Shown here piece after piece: positions 17,989 to 28,100 of a stretch of DNA of 37,896 nt (the stretch's first letter is position 1; the number at the start of each line of letters is the position of its first letter). Origin of the DNA: Rubrobacter sp. (GTDB lineage: Bacteria; Actinomycetota; Rubrobacteria; Rubrobacterales; Rubrobacteraceae); assembly GCA_036280905.1 (NCBI GenBank), contig DASUPX010000144.1:1-37896 (forward strand). Direction: 5' to 3'. Below the pieces are notes generated by a model. That model searched no databases. It had not been told where the DNA came from and saw only the letters and a program-made list of their open reading frames with translations. The position numbers were made by a program, and so were the translations under genes.

Positions 17989-18026
17989 GATGTTAGGTGT
18001 AGACCTTCATGAAGGGTGGCAGTATC

Positions 18027-18983
18027 TCACTGCCTCGCCGGCTCCGCAACCTCGACGGTCACGGTCCAGTGGGCGTACTCGTCCCAACCGCCGCGCGCGG
18101 CCTTGAAGTACAGCTCCTGCAGACGCTCGGCGACGGGACCCGTGCTGCCCGTCCCGACGGGCCTGCCGTCCACCTCGACGACGGGTGCGATCTGGAACCC
18201 CGTCCCGGAGAGGAACACCTCATCGGCGGCGTAGAGCTCCGTCCTGTCCACGTCGCGCTCCACTACGGGCATCCCAAGCTCTTTCTCCGCGAGCTCCATC
18301 ACGGCGTCGCGGGTTATGCCCTCCAGGATGTCCGCCGTAACCGGCGGCGTGATGAGCACGCCCTTCCTCACGAGGAAGATGTTGGCGGCGCTCGCCTCCG
18401 AGACCTGCCCATCCTGGGTCAGGAAGATGGCGTCGTCGTAGCCGCCCCTGTGGGCCTCGTCGACCGCGAGGGCCGTATTGACGTAGGAGCCCGTGCACTT
18501 GGCCCGCGCCGGGATGGCGTTGTCCGGCGTGCGCCGCCAGGAGGAGACGCAGACCTTGAGGCCGGTGAGCTCCACGTAGTTGCCCATGGGGACCGTGAAG
18601 ATGGAGAGCTCCGACTCCCCCGAGAGGTTCACCCCGACCGACTCCACGGCCTTGAAGGCAAGCGGCCTTATATAGGTGTCCACACGCGGGGCATTGCGGC
18701 GCAGGATCTCCAGGGTGGCGTCGCAGAGCTCGTCCACGCTCATGGGCAGGTCTATGCGCAGCAGGCGGCAGGACTTCTCGAAGCGCTCGTAGTGCTCGCG
18801 CAGCTTGAGCACCTGCAGCGTGCCACGCTCCTCGCTCCAGTAGGCCCTGATGCCCTCGAAGACGCCCGTGCCGTAGTTCAGGGCGTGGGTGGCGGGGGAG
18901 AGGCGTACATCTCCCAGCCTGACCAGCTCGCCCCCGTGGTAGGCCCACTCGGCGTCCGACGCCGCGAATGCTTTACGACTCAT
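18027..18983 (-). CDS. ilvE: Branched-chain amino acid aminotransferase
   Basis: [51 protein letters not shown]. Confidence 0.93.
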   Translation of the reverse strand: MSRKAFAASDAEWAYHGGELVRLGDVRLSPATHALNYGTGVFEGIRAYWSEERGTLQVLKLREHYERFEKSCRLLRIDLPMSVDELCDATLEILRRNAPRVDTYIRPLAFKAVESVGVNLSGESELSIFTVPMGNYVELTGLKVCVSSWRRTPDNAIPARAKCTGSYVNTALAVDEAHRGGYDDAIFLTQDGQVSEASAANIFLVRKGVLITPPVTADILEGITRDAVMELAEKELGMPVVERDVDRTELYAADEVFLSGTGFQIAPVVEVDGRPVGTGSTGPVAERLQELYFKAARGGWDEYAHWTVTVEVAEPARQ

Positions 18984-20002
18984 AGGTTCTCACCTCCTGC
19001 TCGCCCCGCCGGGGTCTCTATGCCCTCGGCCGCGAGCGCCCGCAACTCCTGCCCGACCTTCTCGACCTGAGATTCAGCCTCCCTGCGGCGCATTGCGAGG
19101 AAGCTCGATCCGCCGGCCTGGTTCTCGAGCACCCAGTCCTTGGCCCACTTGCCGCTCTGGATGTCCGAGAGGATGACCCGCATCCTCTCTTTGGCAGCCT
19201 CGTCGATGATCTTCGGCCCGGCCGTGTAATCGCCGTACTCGGCGGTGTTCGAGATGGAGTACCGCATCCCGGCCAACCCACCCTCGTAGATAAGGTCGAC
19301 TATTAGCTTCAGCTCGTTCACGCACTCGTAGTAGGCGAGCTCCGGCTGGTACCCGGCCTCAACCAGCGTATCGAACCCGGCCTTGAGCAGCGCCGTCAGG
19401 CCGCCGCACAGCACCGCCTGCTCCCCGAAGAGGTCGGTCTCGGTCTCCTCGGCGAAGGTGGTCTCGATGATGCCGGCCCGGCCGCTCCCGATGCCACGGG
19501 CGTAGGAGAGTATGGTGTCCCTGGCCTGGCCGGAGGCGTCGTTCTCCACGGCGAAGAGGGAGGGCATGCCCTTTCCCTCCACGTAGAGCCTCCTGAGCAC
19601 GTGCCCCGGCCCCTTGGGGGCCACGAGCCCGAGGTCCACCTCTGGGGGGACCACGATCTGGTTGAAGTGGATGTTGAAGCCGTGGGCGAAGAGCATGAGG
19701 TCGCCCTCGGTGAGGTTCGGCCCGACCTCGGTGGCGAACACGCCAGGCTGCTTCTCGTCGGGCAGAAGCATCATCACCACGTCGGCATCCCTTGCCGCGT
19801 CTGCAATGGTCTTGACCGGGAGACCGTCCTCCTCGGCCTTTGACCAGCTCTTCGAGCCCTCGTAGAGCCCGACGGTCACGTCGCAGCCCGACTCCTTCAA
19901 GTTCAGGGCGTGGGCGTGGCCCTGGCTTCCGTAGCCCAGGATCGCGACCTTGCGGGTCGTGATCTCGTCTCCAATATCTCCTTCACGGTATACCCGCGCC
20001 AT
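18980..20002 (-). CDS. ilvC: Ketol-acid reductoisomerase
   Basis: [52 protein letters not shown]. Confidence 0.97.
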   Translation of the reverse strand: MARVYREGDIGDEITTRKVAILGYGSQGHAHALNLKESGCDVTVGLYEGSKSWSKAEEDGLPVKTIADAARDADVVMMLLPDEKQPGVFATEVGPNLTEGDLMLFAHGFNIHFNQIVVPPEVDLGLVAPKGPGHVLRRLYVEGKGMPSLFAVENDASGQARDTILSYARGIGSGRAGIIETTFAEETETDLFGEQAVLCGGLTALLKAGFDTLVEAGYQPELAYYECVNELKLIVDLIYEGGLAGMRYSISNTAEYGDYTAGPKIIDEAAKERMRVILSDIQSGKWAKDWVLENQAGGSSFLAMRRREAESQVEKVGQELRALAAEGIETPAGRAGGENL

Positions 20003-20461
20003 CTAGACCCCTCCCCGAGCGTCGGGACGGGCCACGGGGCCCATCCTGACCAAATCATCTACGTCATCACCAAGCGCCGCGAGAAAGCCTTCGACGTTCT
20101 CCGGCTCTCCCGTCGCCACGAGGGTTCCCTCGTTCTCGTGCGCCTCTACCCCAGACCTCTCCGCGATCGCCCGCCAGTCTGCCGAGGTCTCGATCAGGGC
20201 GACCTCTATGGTCTGGGCCGGGCCCGCCTCTGTTACGTCTTCGAGCGCGGAGATGATGGCCGTGTAACGGAGCGCCGACTCGGGCGGACAGTCGAGCAGG
20301 ACGGTCGCCCGCATGCCTTGCGGGTCGTTGCCCAGGTTGAAGTTCGCCACGGGCATGCGCTTGTTCTGGAGCGTCATCAGGAGCCTGTTCAGGGCGAGCA
20401 TCCCTCCGGAAAAGCGGACCTCGACCGTGTTCAGGGAGACCCCGGTCGCCGACTCAGGCAC
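20003..20461 (-). CDS. Divergent acetolactate synthase small (regulatory, ACT-domain) subunit
   Basis: Sits between ilvB and ilvC, 152 aa. The C-terminus ...ATGEPENVEGFLAAL...LVRMGPVA resembles IlvN/IlvH; the N-terminal ACT motif is atypical. Confidence 0.7.
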   Translation of the reverse strand: MPESATGVSLNTVEVRFSGGMLALNRLLMTLQNKRMPVANFNLGNDPQGMRATVLLDCPPESALRYTAIISALEDVTEAGPAQTIEVALIETSADWRAIAERSGVEAHENEGTLVATGEPENVEGFLAALGDDVDDLVRMGPVARPDARGGV

Positions 20462-22157
20462 CGTCTTCCTCGATCATCTCGGCCACCGACATGCCGGAGG
20501 GGATCATGGGGTACACGTTTGCCTCCGGGTCGATGTGGAAGTCCAGGAAGGTGCAACCTTCCTGCTCCTGCGCCCACCTGACCGCCTCCCCCACGTCGTC
20601 GCCCTCGCTGATGGTGCGCCCCGAGAGGCCGTAGGCGGCGGTGAGCTGCTCGTAGTTCGGGCCCGTTATGGGCGTCTCCGAGTAGCGGCGGTTGTGGAAG
20701 AACTGCTGCCACTGGCGGACCATCCCGAGGTAGCCGTTGTTCAGCACGGCCACCTTGATGTTCAGGCCGAACTCCCTGATCGTGGCGAGCTCCTGGATGT
20801 TCATCTGGATGCCGCCGTCGCCGGCGATCACCCAGACGGGCTCGTCCGGATAGGCGAAGGCCACGCCCATGGCCGCCGGCAGGGCGAAGCCCATCGTGCC
20901 GAGGCCGCCGCTGGTGATAAGGCTGTTCGCCCTGGTGAACTCGAAGAACTGGGCGGCCCACATCTGGTGCTGGCCCACGTCCGTGACGAGCCGCACGTTC
21001 GGGCCGGCCGCCTCCTTTATGGCCTCCATCACCTGTATCGGGCCGTACTCGGTGCGCGCCGACTCTTTGCGCCGACGCTCCGGCTCCTGGCTCTTCTCGA
21101 GCTCCTCGCGCCACGGCCGGCATCCTTCGCCCTCCGGGCCCTCCTCGAGGTGGCCCAGGATGGTGCGCATGGCGGCCTTCGCGTCGGCGGCGATGCCGAC
21201 GGTCGGCTTTACGACCTTGCCCAACTCGGCTGGGTCGATGTCGATGTGGATCACCTTCGCGTTGGGCGCGAACTTGTGGACCGCGCCGGTGATCCTGTCG
21301 TCGAAGCGCATCCCCACGGCGAACAGCACGTCGGAGCGGTCGATGGCACGGTTCACCGATGCCTGCCCGTGCATGCCGGGCCAGCCGAGGTAGAGCGGGT
21401 GGTCGTCGGGAAAGGCGCTTATGCCCAGAAGCGTGGTGATCACCGGGATGCCTGTCCTCTCGGCGAGCAGCCTCAGCTCCTTCTCCGCGCCGCCCAGCGT
21501 GACGCCGTGCCCGGCCAGGATCAGGGGCCGCCTGGCGTTCCTGAGGAGCAGCGCAGCCCGCTCCAGCCCAGGCGACTCGACGGGCGGCTGGGCCTCCCTG
21601 AGGCGCCTGTACCCGTTATCGTTGCACGCGGCGAACTGCACGTCTTTCGGAACGTCGATGAGGACCGGTCCGGGCCTGCCTGAGCGTGCTATCTCGAACG
21701 CCCGCCTCACCGTGGGGTACAGCTCGTCGGGGTCCTCGACCAGGAAAGAGTGTTTGGTGAAGGGCAGCGTCATGCCCATCACGTTCGTCTCCTGGAACGA
21801 ATCCTTGCCCAGCGCAGGGCGCCCAACCTGGCCCGTTATGGCCACCAGCGGCACAGAGTCCATCTGTGCCGTGGCAAGGCCGGTAACGAGGTTCGTCGCA
21901 CCCGGGCCGCTCGTGGCCACGCACACCCCCACGCGCCCCGTGGCCCTCGCGTAGCCGTCTGCGGCGTGGGCCGCGGCCTGCTCGTGGCGGGTCAGGATGT
22001 GCCTCAGGGGATAATCCGGCAGGGCGTCGTAGAAGGGCATGATCGCGCCGCCCGGGTACCCGAAGAGGTGCTCGACCCCTTCGTCGAGTAGCGCCTCGCA
22101 CATTGCTTCGCTACCCGTGCGCGGCCTGTATTCGATGTTAAGTGCTGTGTTTTCCAC
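20454..22157 (-). CDS. ilvB: Acetolactate synthase large subunit (biosynthetic)
   Basis: FGYPGGAI, RHEQAA, TSGPGATN, DVGQHQMW, SGGLGTMG, and the GDG...NN TPP motif. Confidence 0.96.
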   Translation of the reverse strand: MENTALNIEYRPRTGSEAMCEALLDEGVEHLFGYPGGAIMPFYDALPDYPLRHILTRHEQAAAHAADGYARATGRVGVCVATSGPGATNLVTGLATAQMDSVPLVAITGQVGRPALGKDSFQETNVMGMTLPFTKHSFLVEDPDELYPTVRRAFEIARSGRPGPVLIDVPKDVQFAACNDNGYRRLREAQPPVESPGLERAALLLRNARRPLILAGHGVTLGGAEKELRLLAERTGIPVITTLLGISAFPDDHPLYLGWPGMHGQASVNRAIDRSDVLFAVGMRFDDRITGAVHKFAPNAKVIHIDIDPAELGKVVKPTVGIAADAKAAMRTILGHLEEGPEGEGCRPWREELEKSQEPERRRKESARTEYGPIQVMEAIKEAAGPNVRLVTDVGQHQMWAAQFFEFTRANSLITSGGLGTMGFALPAAMGVAFAYPDEPVWVIAGDGGIQMNIQELATIREFGLNIKVAVLNNGYLGMVRQWQQFFHNRRYSETPITGPNYEQLTAAYGLSGRTISEGDDVGEAVRWAQEQEGCTFLDFHIDPEANVYPMIPSGMSVAEMIEEDGA

Positions 22158-22231
22158 GGTTTACCCCATTCATGAAGAGAAGTATTTCTGTTCCGGCCTT
22201 GCCGAAGAACGGGGCTGCCCGTCTTGCGGCT

Positions 22232-22354
22232 CTAGGCGAACCGGAGCGTGCCGCCCCGGCCCGCCCGGCTAATTAGTCGTAGGGCGGAGGGTACGGCTAC
22301 CGTGGATACTCGCGGGTGGATGGGTGGAGCGAGCAGACGCGAGATCTTGAGCAT
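22232..22354 (-). promoter_or_regulatory. Putative ilvB leader peptide / attenuator (MLKISRLLAPPIHPRVSTVAVPSALRLISRAGRGGTLRFA)
   Basis: 40-codon uORF with GTA x3, CTA-CGA-CTA and ATT. Alternative pairings across 22190-22270. Lies between a TTGACA promoter and ilvB. Confidence 0.65.
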
Positions 22355-22434
22355 CAAGCCCGAGACCTCTCTGTGCGCCGTCTTGGAGACCTTTCTCAAC
22401 AGTCCTCGCTCATGTAGCCCGCAAGTGGGTTGAA

Positions 22435-22462
22435 GGGTTACACAACGGTAGAGGCTTGTCAA
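22435..22462 (-). promoter_or_regulatory. Putative sigmaA promoter of the ilv-leu cluster
   Basis: TTGACA, 16-nt spacer ending TGTG, then TAACCC. The -35 is perfect and the -10 imperfect. Confidence 0.5.
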
Positions 22463-22661
22463 GTTGCACATAGGTTCGTATTCGGCCGGGGCCAGCGTGG
22501 TTCTCGCCACAAGGGAGATCTCGTCCGCGTCGTCCCGGCGCTGCGTCACCGGTTTCTCCGAACGAGGCCTCCACCGTACCCTTTTACCTCCAGGGACGGC
22601 GGAGGCGTGCTTGCATTGTCGTTGGCTCGGCGTTGGATGTATTCAGGGGCTGTTCCTGTAT

Positions 22662-25031
22662 TCAGGGAATGTTCGCCCTGGAATCACCCTCCGTGGCGTT
22701 GTAGTCGGTGGCCACGTCGGTGCCTGAACCGCCACCGAAGGTGTCAGAGCCACCACCGCCGGTAAGCCTGTCGTTGCCACCGGCCCCGCACAGAACGTCG
22801 CTCTTGCCCAAGCCGCCTAGCGTGTCGTTACCGTTCTTGCCCAGCAGGAGGTCGGCCCCGCTCGTGCCGCCGAGCGTGTCCCCGCCGCTGCCCCCAGCCT
22901 TCACCGTCACGGATTTGTTGCTGCTCGCCTGCCCGTCGCTGACCGTGATCCTCACCATCGAGGTCCCGGTGAGATCCGGAACCGTGGAGATCGTGGCGGT
23001 ACGGACACCGCCCGTGCCGCCGAAAGCCACGTTGCTCTTCGGCACGAGCCTGGCGTCTGAGGAGCTTGCGACGCTCGGCTCGAGATCGCCTGGGTTGCTG
23101 TCCGCGTCGGAGAGCTCGAGGGTGAGGCGCCCGCTGGTGCCGCTCAGGCATGCGCTCTGGCTAGAGCTGCCCGCTAACACCGACATGGTTGGCGTGTCGT
23201 TGACCGGGTTGACGGTGATGGTGAAGGTCTGCGCGGCGCTTGTGTCGATTCCGCCGTTGGCCGTGCCGCCGTCGTCGGTTGCCTTGACCGTAACGATGGC
23301 CTTGCCGCTGGCATTACTGGCTGGAGTGTAGCTGAGCGTGCCATCTGAGGAGATCCTGGGCTGCTCCGCTGCGGTGAACAGAGCGTTGTTGTCGTTGGTC
23401 GCGCTGAAGGTCACCGTCTGGGTCTCGAATGCTCCGGCCGAGATGCCCGTGGCCCAGCCCGTGATGCTTTGCGTCCCCGAGTCCTCGGACGTGCTCTGAT
23501 CCGCTCCCCCCTCGAAGCCGGGCGCGTCGTTGACCGGGGTAACGTCGATGAACACCCCGGCCGCATAGCTCTGCGAGGCGCCGTCGCGGGCCTTGTAGAG
23601 GAAGGAGTCTTCCCCGTTGTAGTCCTTGTTCGGGGTGTACTCGAAGGTGCCGTCCCCGTTGTCGCTCACCGTGCCGTGCGTGGCGCCGGTGAAGATACCA
23701 AGGGCGAGCTCGTCGCCGTCCACGTCCGAGTCGTTGGAGAGCGCCGGGATGGTGACGGGGGTGTCCTCCTCTGTGGTGGCGTTGTCGTTGGCCGCCACCG
23801 GGGCATCGTTGACGGCTTTGACGGTGATTGAGGCCGTGGCCGTGTCCTGACCGCCTTTGCCGTCGGAGGCCTGGTAGGTGAAGGAGTCCTCACCGTTGTA
23901 GTCCTTGTCGGGGGTGTAGGTGTAAGAGCCGTCGGAGTTGAAGGTCAGTGAGCCGTGGCCGGGACCGCCGGTCACGAACGCCATGAGCGTGGTTCTGGCG
24001 GCGTGAGTATCGTTGGCGAGCACACCCGGAGCGTCAACGACCAGCGCCTTGTCCTCATCGGTAGTGGCAGAGTCATCGTTAGTGACCGGCGCCGCGTAGG
24101 GCTGGTCGTAACTGATGGTGATCGAAGGGCCGCTCTCGACGATGGTGGCGACCCCGTCGGTCGGCACCAGGCTGGAGCCGCCGCCGCCACCACCCGCTGG
24201 CGATTGATAGGGTTCGTTGTAGAGCATAGCGCCGCCGATACTGCCTCCGCCGCCCCCGCCGTACAGGCCGCCGCCGCCACCGCCACCGGTGAGAAGCCCG
24301 CTAACCCCGCCATCGCCGCCCTGCCCCAGCGACCCGTTCTGGCCTACGTCTTTGCCCCCGAGACCCCCGGCGTTCTGGCCGCCCGCCTGTCCACCGGTGC
24401 CTCCGAAGGCGTTGAGGCACGTCATACCGTTGCCGCCGCTGGACCCTGCAGACCCGCCCGCACCCCCGAAGTAGTATCTGAGGGTGGGCGCGCAAAGACC
24501 ATCCTGGCCGCCGCCCCCACCTCCGGCGGCCACGATCAGACGCGAGTCAAGGCTTCCACTCTGGTTCCTCGCAACCTCGCGCACATCGGAGGCGCCGCCC
24601 CCGCCTCCACCGGATTTGCTCGACCCACCGCCGTTGAACCCACCGACACAGGCAACACCCCGATCGCAGTTGTTTCCGGTCGGGGTGCCGCCGACCTCCA
24701 CGTAGAGGGTCTGGCCCGGCGTGACCGTCAGGTCCCCGCTCACCCTGGCCCCGCTACCGGCAGTGCCACCATAATATCCCTCGGCGCCGGGCGCGCCGGG
24801 TGCGCCGGTTGCGACGACGTGGACGTTGCTCACCCCGTCAGGGACCTTGAAGGTGTCCTCAGCCCCCGTCGGGCCGAAGGTGCACGTTGTCACCCCGGCA
24901 GAGGTGGAGCAACTACCCGCCGCGTGGGCGGGGCTCGGGGTCAAGCCTAGCAGCGCAACCCACAGCAGCAGCGCCGCCCCCAGGGGGGGCAATGCCTTGA
25001 GCGAGCGTATCACCATCACGTGTGTCGTCAT
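22662..25031 (-). CDS. Secreted surface protein: glycine-rich domain, Ig/cadherin-like (tandem-95) repeats and RTX-type Ca-binding repeats
   Basis: Signal peptide ending AHA-A, poly-Gly domain, NDAPVA.../[12 protein letters not shown] repeats, GGxGxDxL nonamers, ends NIP. Confidence 0.85.
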   Translation of the reverse strand: MTTHVMVIRSLKALPPLGAALLLWVALLGLTPSPAHAAGSCSTSAGVTTCTFGPTGAEDTFKVPDGVSNVHVVATGAPGAPGAEGYYGGTAGSGARVSGDLTVTPGQTLYVEVGGTPTGNNCDRGVACVGGFNGGGSSKSGGGGGGASDVREVARNQSGSLDSRLIVAAGGGGGGQDGLCAPTLRYYFGGAGGSAGSSGGNGMTCLNAFGGTGGQAGGQNAGGLGGKDVGQNGSLGQGGDGGVSGLLTGGGGGGGLYGGGGGGSIGGAMLYNEPYQSPAGGGGGGSSLVPTDGVATIVESGPSITISYDQPYAAPVTNDDSATTDEDKALVVDAPGVLANDTHAARTTLMAFVTGGPGHGSLTFNSDGSYTYTPDKDYNGEDSFTYQASDGKGGQDTATASITVKAVNDAPVAANDNATTEEDTPVTIPALSNDSDVDGDELALGIFTGATHGTVSDNGDGTFEYTPNKDYNGEDSFLYKARDGASQSYAAGVFIDVTPVNDAPGFEGGADQSTSEDSGTQSITGWATGISAGAFETQTVTFSATNDNNALFTAAEQPRISSDGTLSYTPASNASGKAIVTVKATDDGGTANGGIDTSAAQTFTITVNPVNDTPTMSVLAGSSSQSACLSGTSGRLTLELSDADSNPGDLEPSVASSSDARLVPKSNVAFGGTGGVRTATISTVPDLTGTSMVRITVSDGQASSNKSVTVKAGGSGGDTLGGTSGADLLLGKNGNDTLGGLGKSDVLCGAGGNDRLTGGGGSDTFGGGSGTDVATDYNATEGDSRANIP

Positions 25032-25057
25032 CTGCTCTGCACTCCTCTACTTGTCGA

Positions 25058-25087
25058 GGAGGCGACGGGTAAAGTGCCGTCGCCTCC
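25058..25087. other. 11-bp perfect hairpin between the two surface-protein genes
   Basis: GGAGGCGACGG-8 nt-CCGTCGCCTCC with no U-tract. Could be an mRNA stabiliser or a partial terminator. Confidence 0.55.
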
Positions 25088-25118
25088 CGCTCTGCTACTC
25101 GCTGCTCCCATCGTGGGG

Positions 25119-28100
25119 TTAGGGGATATTCGTTGCGGCATCCCCCTGAGCAGCGTTGAAGTCGGTGGCGGTGTCCGTGCCCGAACCGCCGTCGAAGTTG
25201 TCCGCTTCCGTCCCGCCGGTGAGCTTGTCATCGCCCGCGCTGCCGCGCAGGATGTCCCTACCCGCATTACCGCGCAGCGCGTCGTTGCCGTTGGCCCCGT
25301 CGAGGGTGTCATCTCCCGCGCCGCCGCTCATCACGTCCGGGCCGTTGCCCCCGCACAGCAGGTCGTTTCCGCCCTGTCCGGCCGTGGTGTTTGCGCCGTT
25401 CTTGCCGAAGATGATGTCGGCCCCAGGGGTGCCGCCCAGGGTGTCGGTCGAGTCGCTTCCGACCCTGACCGTGACGGTAACCGTGCCGCTGTCCTGATCA
25501 TCGCCTGCCCTAACGGTGATCGTGGCCGTACCCGAGCGATTGGTCACCGCGCTCACCGTTAGCGTCCGGCTCGCGCCGCTGCCGCCCACCGAGAGGCCGG
25601 AGTTTGGCACCAGGTTCTGGTTCGAGGAGATAGCGCTGAGGGTGAGAGAGCCCGGTGCGCTCTCCACGTCGTTGACAGTGAGGTTGATGCGCCCGCCGGT
25701 CCCGCCCGTGCCGCACTGCCCCCCGGCCGCTACCCCCACCGTGGGGACATCGTTGACCGGGTTGACGGTGATGGTGAAGGTCACCACCGCAGAGGTGTCC
25801 TGTCCGCCGTTGCCCGTACCGCCGTCATCCTTGAGCACGACGGTGATTCTGGCGCTGCCGCTGGCGTCCTTGGCTAGCGTATAGGTGAGCGTGCCGTCGG
25901 AGGAGATCCTGGGTTGCCCCTCTGAGGTGAACAAAGCTTTGTTGTCGTTGGTCATGTCGAAGCTTACCTGCTGGCCCGACTCGTCGGGAGGACCGGGTGA
26001 GATGTCCTTGGCCCAGCCCGTGACCGATTGCGTTCCCGCGTCCTCGTTAACGGTCTGGTCGGCCCCTTTCGTGAAACCAGGCCTGTCATTGACGGGGTCG
26101 AGGGTGATGTTCACCGTCGCGGCGTTGGAGTCAGCTGTCCCGTCGTCGGCCTTGTAGGTAAAGGAGTCGGGACCGTTGTGGTTGGTATTGGGGGTGTAAG
26201 AGAACGAACCGTCCGCCTTGAGCTCGAAAGAGGCGGCATTGCTCGGGCCGCTGACCAGCACAGCCGTGAGCTTATCGCCATTGTCATCCGTGTCGTTCGA
26301 GAGGACGTTGCCGGCAAGAGTGGAGTCCTCGGGTGTGGAGTAGGTGTCGGGCTCGGCCACAGGAGCCACGTTGTCCAGCTCGAAGGCGCCGATGTCGCAG
26401 CGTGGCGTGCCGTCGCTGTCGCCGTCCTCCGGACGGGACACGCCGCGCTGATCGGTGCTGGGGCAGTTTGCATCCACCGCCGCGTCTACGGCTTTGCTAC
26501 CGGGCATGAGGGCGATGGTCTGGGTGGGACCGCCGTTGTTCTGCAAGCCCTTGGGGTCGAGCAGGGGGTCGGTAGTAGTCTGGGAAGTGGTAACGGTTTC
26601 GTCTACGCAAGAACCGTCAGTGTCGAGGTTGCCGCCTGCGTCGGTTATGCTCCCGCCGCAACTGCCTCCCCGAATGCTGTTCGCAACGATCGTGTTGCCA
26701 AGCGCCGCCGTGCCATTGTTGTAGATGCCGCCGCCGTTGATGGAAGCCTTGTTTCCGCTAACGGTGGAATCGGTAATGCCAAGCGTGCCCTGGTAGTTGT
26801 AGATACCGCCGCCGTGGACGTAGGCAGAGTTGCCGCTAATAGTGGAATTGGTGACGCCAAGCGTGCCTTGCCTGTTGGCGATGCCGCCGCCTGTGTCGGC
26901 GCTGTTGCCGCTAATGGTGGAATTGGTGACGCTAAGCTTGCCGTCATTGTAGATGCCACCGCCGTAGCGGTAGCCGTAGAAGGCAGAGTTGTCCCTGATA
27001 GTGGAATTGGTGATACCAAGCGTGCCACTGTTGTAGATGCCGCCGCCGGAGCCGCCGCCGCTGTCGCCATTGGCCACCGTCAGGTTGTTGAGATCCAACC
27101 GTGCTCCGCTATTCACGTAGAACACCCGCACGCTGTTGTTGCCGCTTATAGTGATCTGGTTCTGTTGCCCATTTATGGTCAGGCCATCGTCGTCGGTGAC
27201 CACCGGCAGCGTGGAGCCCAGCGTGATGGTGTGCGCTCCAGCTCCGAGGTCGAAGGTTATGGTGTCTGCCCCCGGGCTCGCGTTGGCGGCGTATATCGCC
27301 TCGCGCAGGGTGCATCCGTTTGCGTCCCCGTTGCAGGCGCCATCGTTGGTGTCGGCTGTGCTGTTCACGGTCAGGGGGAACTTCAGCTCGAAGGCCCCGA
27401 TGTCGCACCCGCTGCCTTGCGGACGAGAAACGCCGCGCTGGTCTTCCGCGAAGGTGGTGCCGCAGCCGTTGGTCCCTTTCGGGATAGCGTCTATCGCGGG
27501 GCCGCCGGAGAGCAAGGTGTGGGTCTGGGTGGGACCTCCGTTGTCTGCGAGGGGACCGAGTCTGGGATCGTCCACGCCGCTCTTATCTCCGGTCTGGTTG
27601 AAGGCTCCGGTGGCGTTGCCGTCGCCGATGAGGTTGTAGCCTCTCGAGTCGACGGAGTCTCCGCTGCCTTCCGTGATGTCCACGTCGGTGCCCTGGTTAG
27701 CGGAGATGATGGTGGAGAGCATCTCCGTGTGGGTTGCGCTGTCCCCGAAGCTCGCCAGGCCGCTTCCACTTCCGCTTCGGGCCCTGTTGTTGGTTATGGT
27801 GGAGTATTCCATGACGGCGAGGCCGCCGAGATTGTAGACGCCGCCGCCGAGCCCCTCCGTCGAATTACCGCTGAGGGTCGAGTTCGTAACCGTCACCGTA
27901 CCGCCCCTGGTGGTAATCCCACCGCCGTAACTGCTCGCCGAATTGTCGCTGAGGGTCGAGTTGGCGATAGTCACCGTGCCAGCGCCACCGTTGAAAATGC
28001 CGCCGCCGGAGTAGCTCGATTGGTTGTTGCTGAGGGTCGAGTCCGTGAGCGTCACCGGACCGCCAGTATTGTATATTCCGCCGCCGAAGGCTGCAGAGTT

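Noticed and set aside
22160-22430. T-box riboswitch upstream of ilvB
   Set aside because: No T-box (TGGNACCGCG-type) antiterminator bulge or AGTA box was found by eye. The uORF model fits better. Needs an Infernal check.
22355-22549. 105-aa version of the ilvB leader ORF
   Set aside because: It runs through the putative TTGACA promoter. Only the part from ATG 22354 (or TTG 22357) would be transcribed from that promoter.
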